Shown piece by piece: positions 59,762 to 64,000 of a DNA stretch of 64,000 bases. Within the stretch, counting starts at the first letter, position 1; each line of letters begins with the position of its first letter. The translations under genes and the position numbers were made by a program. The stretch covers positions 64,001 through 128,000 of the forward strand of contig JBHIBG010000001.1 in assembly GCA_046758965.1 (NCBI GenBank), in the 5' to 3' direction. Source of the DNA: Candidatus Methylomirabilia bacterium (GTDB lineage Bacteria > Methylomirabilota > Methylomirabilia > Rokubacteriales > CSP1-6). Under the pieces are notes generated by a model. It worked only from the letters and a program-made list of their open reading frames with translations. It did not search any database and was not told the DNA's origin.

Positions 59762-60750
59762 GGCTCGATCTCTACCGCGCGACGGACTTCCTCCATCGTC
59801 GCCTGGGCCGTCTGGCGCGCCCGCTTGGATCCCTCGTGGAGAATCTCCACGACCTCGTTGGGCTCTTGCGCATAGCGCTCACGTCGCTCACGAACCTCGC
59901 GAAGCGGCGGGAGCAGGTGCTTCAGCAGGACATCTTTGCACTCCAGGCAGCCGATCCCGGCTGTCCGGCAGCCCACGGCGCATTGCTCGCGCTCTCCCTC
60001 TGGCGTGAAGATCTTGTGGAGATCGAAGACCGGGCAGACCTCAGGGTTGCCGGGATCGCTGCGCCGCTTCCGGGCTGGGTCGGTCGTCATGGTCCTGATC
60101 TTCGGCGTGATGACGTCCGGCGGGTCCGCGAGGTAGATACAGTTGTCGTAGCTCTTGGACATCTTCCGCCCGTCGGTGCCGGGCACCTTGGGGATTTCAG
60201 TCAGCAAGGCCTCGGGCTCGGGGAAGACCGGGGCGAAGGTATTGTTGAAGCGGCGGGCGATCTCACGGGTCAGCTCGATATGGGGAAGTTGGTCCACTCC
60301 CACCGGCACATGCGCGGCCTTGTAGATGACGATGTCAGCTGCCTGGAGGAGGGGATACCCGAGCAGCCCATGGGAGGGGACCGTGATGCCGAGCTGCTCC
60401 ATCATCTCCTTGTAAGTCGGCACCCGCTCGAGCCACGCCACGGGCGTCACCATGGAGAGAAGCAGCGCGAGCTCCGAGTGCTCGGGAACCAGGGATTGGA
60501 TGAACAGGGTTGACCGCTCTGGGTCCAGGCCTGCTCCGAGCCAGTCGGAGGCCATGTCGATGGTGTTCCTCGGAATCTCCTCGGTGCGAGCGGACTCGGT
60601 GGTGAGGGCATGCCAGTTCGCCACGAAGTAGAAACAGTCAAAGGTATCCTGAAGCTTGACCCAGTTCTTGAGGGCCCCGAGGTAGTTCCCCAGGTGGAGC
60701 TTGCCCGTCGGGCGCATCCCCGAGAGCACCCGCTCTCGCGATGAGGTCAT
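59758..60750 (-). CDS. trpS: Tryptophan-tRNA ligase
   Basis: SGMRPTGKLHLGNY, YPLLQAADI, GVDQLPH, KMSKS. Confidence 0.96.
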   Translation of the reverse strand: MTSSRERVLSGMRPTGKLHLGNYLGALKNWVKLQDTFDCFYFVANWHALTTESARTEEIPRNTIDMASDWLGAGLDPERSTLFIQSLVPEHSELALLLSMVTPVAWLERVPTYKEMMEQLGITVPSHGLLGYPLLQAADIVIYKAAHVPVGVDQLPHIELTREIARRFNNTFAPVFPEPEALLTEIPKVPGTDGRKMSKSYDNCIYLADPPDVITPKIRTMTTDPARKRRSDPGNPEVCPVFDLHKIFTPEGEREQCAVGCRTAGIGCLECKDVLLKHLLPPLREVRERRERYAQEPNEVVEILHEGSKRARQTAQATMEEVRRAVEIEP

Positions 60751-61517
60751 GGCTCGGGCCCTTCCCTGCCCTGCCCGCGCTGCCACTCCCACACCTTGGC
60801 GGTGCGGAGGAACACATACTGAGCGTAAAGCGTGGCGACGACGAATCCTCGCCAGCCGTCGAGAAACCCCCAACGCAGGAGATACATCGAGGAGAAGCGC
60901 GCCGCCGGGCGCACGATCAGGTCGGCCAGGCTGACCCGGCGCGCTCGCGTGCGCCATTCGAGGGCGGCGAGCGTGGAGTACCGATTGGCGCGGGCGACAA
61001 ACTCCTCCAGGTTCCGGTAGCTCTCATGGAGGAGGGGCTGAGCGAGCCGGCCCACCGGGCCCTGCACCGCGACTGATTCGTGGACGGGATGGTCGGCGAA
61101 GCGCCCGCATGCGCGACGGAAGAGCCGGACCTGCCAGTCGGGGTAGAGCCCTCCGTGCCTGAGCCAGGCCCCCCACAGGATGTTCTTTCGGGGTACGGCA
61201 TATCCAGCGGCAGGGCCGTCAGCGGCCTCCACTCGCTCGATCTCTTCCCGGAGCTCGGGGGTGACCCGTTCATCGGCGTCGAGGGAAAGCACCCACTCCC
61301 CGCTGGTCTGGTCCAGCGCGAAGTTCTTCTGCGCCGCGAACCCCGGCCAGGGCCGGACCCAGATCCGATCCGTAAACTCCCGAGCGATCTCCACGCTCTT
61401 GTCGGCGGACTCCGCGTCCACCACCACGATCTCGTGAGCCCAGGCGACGCTCTGAAGACACGCGCGGAGCCGCTCTTCCTCGTTCCACGTGATGATGGCG
61501 ACTGAGAGATGGCTCAC
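60747..61517 (-). CDS. GT2 glycosyltransferase, LPS core (WaaE/KdtX-like)
   Basis: IITWNEE, EIVVVD, WPGFAAQKN, LDADE, VHE, GFLDG. Confidence 0.88.
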   Translation of the reverse strand: MSHLSVAIITWNEEERLRACLQSVAWAHEIVVVDAESADKSVEIAREFTDRIWVRPWPGFAAQKNFALDQTSGEWVLSLDADERVTPELREEIERVEAADGPAAGYAVPRKNILWGAWLRHGGLYPDWQVRLFRRACGRFADHPVHESVAVQGPVGRLAQPLLHESYRNLEEFVARANRYSTLAALEWRTRARRVSLADLIVRPAARFSSMYLLRWGFLDGWRGFVVATLYAQYVFLRTAKVWEWQRGQGREGPEP

Positions 61518-62584
61518 CGGGAACCTCGCGCAAGCCTGGACCCCGCCGCCGGCGTTGCCGAACTGCTCGCGCTTGCTGAGCCGTCCAGCAGTTCGGCCGC
61601 TACGCTGAACACCTGGTCCGCGGCGAGGGCGGCCATCTTCCCGTCTGGGCTCTGGAGACCCCGGCATCGCGGGCCGTACGGTCCGTTGCGCGTCGCGCGA
61701 GTCGGACCGTAGAGCCCGAGCGCCGGGGTGGCGAGCGCCGCCGCGAGGTGAAGCGGCCCGGTGTCGGCAGCCACGACGAGGGCACAGCGCCGGAACAGGG
61801 CAGCGAGCTCGGGGAGGCCCGTTGGCGGAGCCAGCACGGGACGGGGCGTCAACCCCCGCCCCAGCAGTGAAGCCAGCCCCATCTCGGCAGGGCCCCAGAG
61901 GATCAGGACCCGGCAGCCCGCCTCCATCGCGAGCCGCTCGGCCAGTCGCCTGAAGTGGGTCAGCGGCCAGCGCTTCTCAGGCCTGCCGGCTCCCGGGTTG
62001 AGCGCCACGAGTCGGTCCTCGGGCTTGAGCCCCTGCTCAGCCAGGAAGGTATCGATGGCATGCTCGGCCACCGGGCTCTGCGGGAGGTGGAAAACCGGCC
62101 GCCGATCCTCAACGCCGAGAGGCGTCAGGAGAGAGAGGTACTCCTCCACGACGTGGACGGCCTCGGGGGGCGGGCTCACGCGATGGTTCGTGAACAAAGC
62201 GTTCAACGACTCTCGACAGCGGGGGAGCGTGAACCCGATCCTGATCGGCGCTCCGGTGAAGGCGGTGAGGAGGCCGCTCTTGACGAGCCCCTGAAGGTCG
62301 ATGGCGACATCGAAGCGGCTGTCTCTGAGCCGCCGGCTGAACGCGCCGAAGCTCTCCCACACCTCCCCCGCTCCGGAAAGGTTCCGGAGGAGCCGCCGCC
62401 ATCTCCGGGTGTCTACGGCGACCACCGCGTCCAGATCGGGGTGGTCGTTGAGCAGTGGCGCCACGCGCGCCTCGACGAACCACGTCAGATGCGAGTTCGG
62501 AAACCGACGGCGAAGAGCATGCGCGACCGGGAGCGCGTGGATCACGTCGCCGAGAGAAGACAGCTTGATGATCGCGATTTTCAC
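61514..62584 (-). CDS. waaC: LPS heptosyltransferase I (GT9)
   Basis: [32 protein letters not shown]. Confidence 0.85.
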   Translation of the reverse strand: MKIAIIKLSSLGDVIHALPVAHALRRRFPNSHLTWFVEARVAPLLNDHPDLDAVVAVDTRRWRRLLRNLSGAGEVWESFGAFSRRLRDSRFDVAIDLQGLVKSGLLTAFTGAPIRIGFTLPRCRESLNALFTNHRVSPPPEAVHVVEEYLSLLTPLGVEDRRPVFHLPQSPVAEHAIDTFLAEQGLKPEDRLVALNPGAGRPEKRWPLTHFRRLAERLAMEAGCRVLILWGPAEMGLASLLGRGLTPRPVLAPPTGLPELAALFRRCALVVAADTGPLHLAAALATPALGLYGPTRATRNGPYGPRCRGLQSPDGKMAALAADQVFSVAAELLDGSASASSSATPAAGSRLARGSR

Positions 62585-63066
62585 CCCTGCCCCCCGAATG
62601 TACGGGCGATCGTCGCGATCAGGTCTCGGGTCGAGTGCCCCTTCGGGTCGCCGACGATGGCGACCTGACCGCCGCCATCGAGGACCGCACCGCGTTCCGG
62701 CACGCTCTCCTCTGCGTAGTCGGAGCCCTTGGCGTGAACGTCGGGTCGTAGGCGCGTGACCAGCCGGTCCACCGTGTCGTCGTCGAAGATCACCACGTAG
62801 TCCACCGGGTAGAGGGCAGCCAGGATCTCGGCCCGTTCGTCTTGGTTGACGACGGGGCGCCCCGGTCCCTTGATCCGTCGGACCGAGGCATCGGAGTTCA
62901 GGGCCACGATCAGCACATCCCCGAGCTGCTTGGCGGCCTGGAGATATCGCACGTGGCCGACATGAAGCAGGTCAAAGCATCCGTTGGCGAGCACGAGGCG
63001 CCGCCCCTCATGCCGGAGCCGCGCCCCGAGGCGTTCGGCCTCCTCAAGGCTCACCAGGGACGCCAT
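62581..63066 (-). CDS. hldC: Heptose-1-phosphate adenylyltransferase (RfaE domain II)
   Basis: [34 protein letters not shown]. Confidence 0.88.
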   Translation of the reverse strand: MASLVSLEEAERLGARLRHEGRRLVLANGCFDLLHVGHVRYLQAAKQLGDVLIVALNSDASVRRIKGPGRPVVNQDERAEILAALYPVDYVVIFDDDTVDRLVTRLRPDVHAKGSDYAEESVPERGAVLDGGGQVAIVGDPKGHSTRDLIATIARTFGGQG

Positions 63067-64000
63067 CGCGTGCGAGGGCTCTCAGCAGTTCGGTCCGGGC
63101 TACGTGGGCAGTACCGCGCTTGGTCACCACCACGCCTCCGGCCACGTTGGCGAGCCAGGCCGCGTCGGTGGGGAGGCCTCCGCTCGCGAGGGCCACAGTG
63201 AACGTGCTGATGACGGTGTCTCCGGCGCCTGTGACATCGGCGATCTCGTCACTCCCATGGATGGGGAGGCACGTGATGGGACCCTCGCGTTCGAGGAGCA
63301 CCATGCCCCGACTGCCGCGGGTGATGAGCAGGTACCGGCAGCCGAGCCGCTCGAGGAGCACCCGGCCCGCCTTCTCCACCGATGGCTCCTCGTCTAAGGC
63401 CATACCCGTGAACTGCTCGACCTCAGGCTCGTTCGGGGTAGCGGCGGTGACGCCTGTGAACCGGAGCAGGTCATAGCGGCTGTCGGCGCTGAGGAGGGTC
63501 CCGTTCCGGCTCCCGAGGGCTCGGGCCTGGCTCAGGAGGCCCGGCGTCACCGTCCCGTAGCCGTAGTCTGAGAGGAGGACGGCATCAGCCTGCGGGCCCC
63601 AGACCGTGAGCTGGTGCGCCAGCTTCTCCTCCGTGGTCGGATCGAGCGGCCGCCGAGGCTCGCGATCGACGCGGACGATCTGTTGCCGGGTGGACTGGGA
63701 GCCGCCAGCCATGATGCGAGTCTTGACGGGCGTGGGGCGCTCGCTGGTTTTGACAATGGCATCCGTTGTGATGCCAACCGACCGGAACAGATCAAGCACT
63801 TCTTCCCCGGCTGAGTCATCTCCTACGGCCCCCACGGGGAGGACCCGGGCACCAAGCGCGTGGACGTTGTGGGACGCATTCGCGGCCCCCCCGAGCCGGA
63901 CCTCCCGTCCCTGATAGCGCAGGATCAGGACCGGGGCCTCCCGGGAGATCCGGTCCGGCTTGCCGTAGATGTACTCGTCCGCGATCAGATCGCCGAGCAC
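63044..64000 (-). CDS. hldA: Heptose-7-phosphate kinase (RfaE domain I, PfkB family), 5' end outside the window
   Basis: [34 protein letters not shown]. Confidence 0.88.
   Translation of the reverse strand: MLGDLIADEYIYGKPDRISREAPVLILRYQGREVRLGGAANASHNVHALGARVLPVGAVGDDSAGEEVLDLFRSVGITTDAIVKTSERPTPVKTRIMAGGSQSTRQQIVRVDREPRRPLDPTTEEKLAHQLTVWGPQADAVLLSDYGYGTVTPGLLSQARALGSRNGTLLSADSRYDLLRFTGVTAATPNEPEVEQFTGMALDEEPSVEKAGRVLLERLGCRYLLITRGSRGMVLLEREGPITCLPIHGSDEIADVTGAGDTVISTFTVALASGGLPTDAAWLANVAGGVVVTKRGTAHVARTELLRALARDGVPGEP

Noticed and set aside
63758..63777. TGGCATC-N6-GATGCCA inverted repeat next to TTGACA in hldA
   Set aside because: Inside a CDS, with no -10 at proper spacing and no GG-N10-GC; likely chance

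Overview
High-GC bacterial chromosome segment from a diderm, LPS-making organism. Gene content (zinc-ribbon adenylate cyclase-AAA-TPR proteins, ihfA-merR-tRNA-Pro-surE-pcm-rpoS order) suggests a Rokubacteria/Methylomirabilota-like lineage, but this is inference only. Layout: (1) 1-6.8 kb is accessory DNA 3' of tRNA-Arg(CCT): IS relic, nitrilase, sigma54-type promoter plus SPOR protein, cyclase-STAND-TPR protein, Ivy-like lipoprotein. (2) 7.9-17 kb is a minus-strand acyl-CoA catabolic cluster: HcrCAB-like Mo enzyme with the catalytic Glu changed to Gln, two PaaK-like ligases, an XRE-cupin regulator with candidate tandem operators, a crotonase lacking both catalytic Glu, and an SDR. (3) 17-20.5 kb holds surE-pcm-tRNA-Pro(CGG)-LOG-like-acyP-rpoS. 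(4) tRNA-Pro(GGG) has accessory DNA on both sides: a 2-kb att-bounded mini-island (gentisate-dioxygenase-like cupin, DoxX) and a 13.7-kb decaying island (integrase pseudogene, cyclase-TPR, hydantoinase AB, SDR, Mo-hydroxylase, eutB-like and potAB-like pseudogenes). (5) 36.4-64 kb is a core minus-strand run from hldA to merR, with a strongly AT-rich synonymous-codon patch inside miaA and no hfq. No CRISPR array, rRNA or reverse transcriptase was seen. Family assignments come from motifs recognised by eye; no database searches were run.
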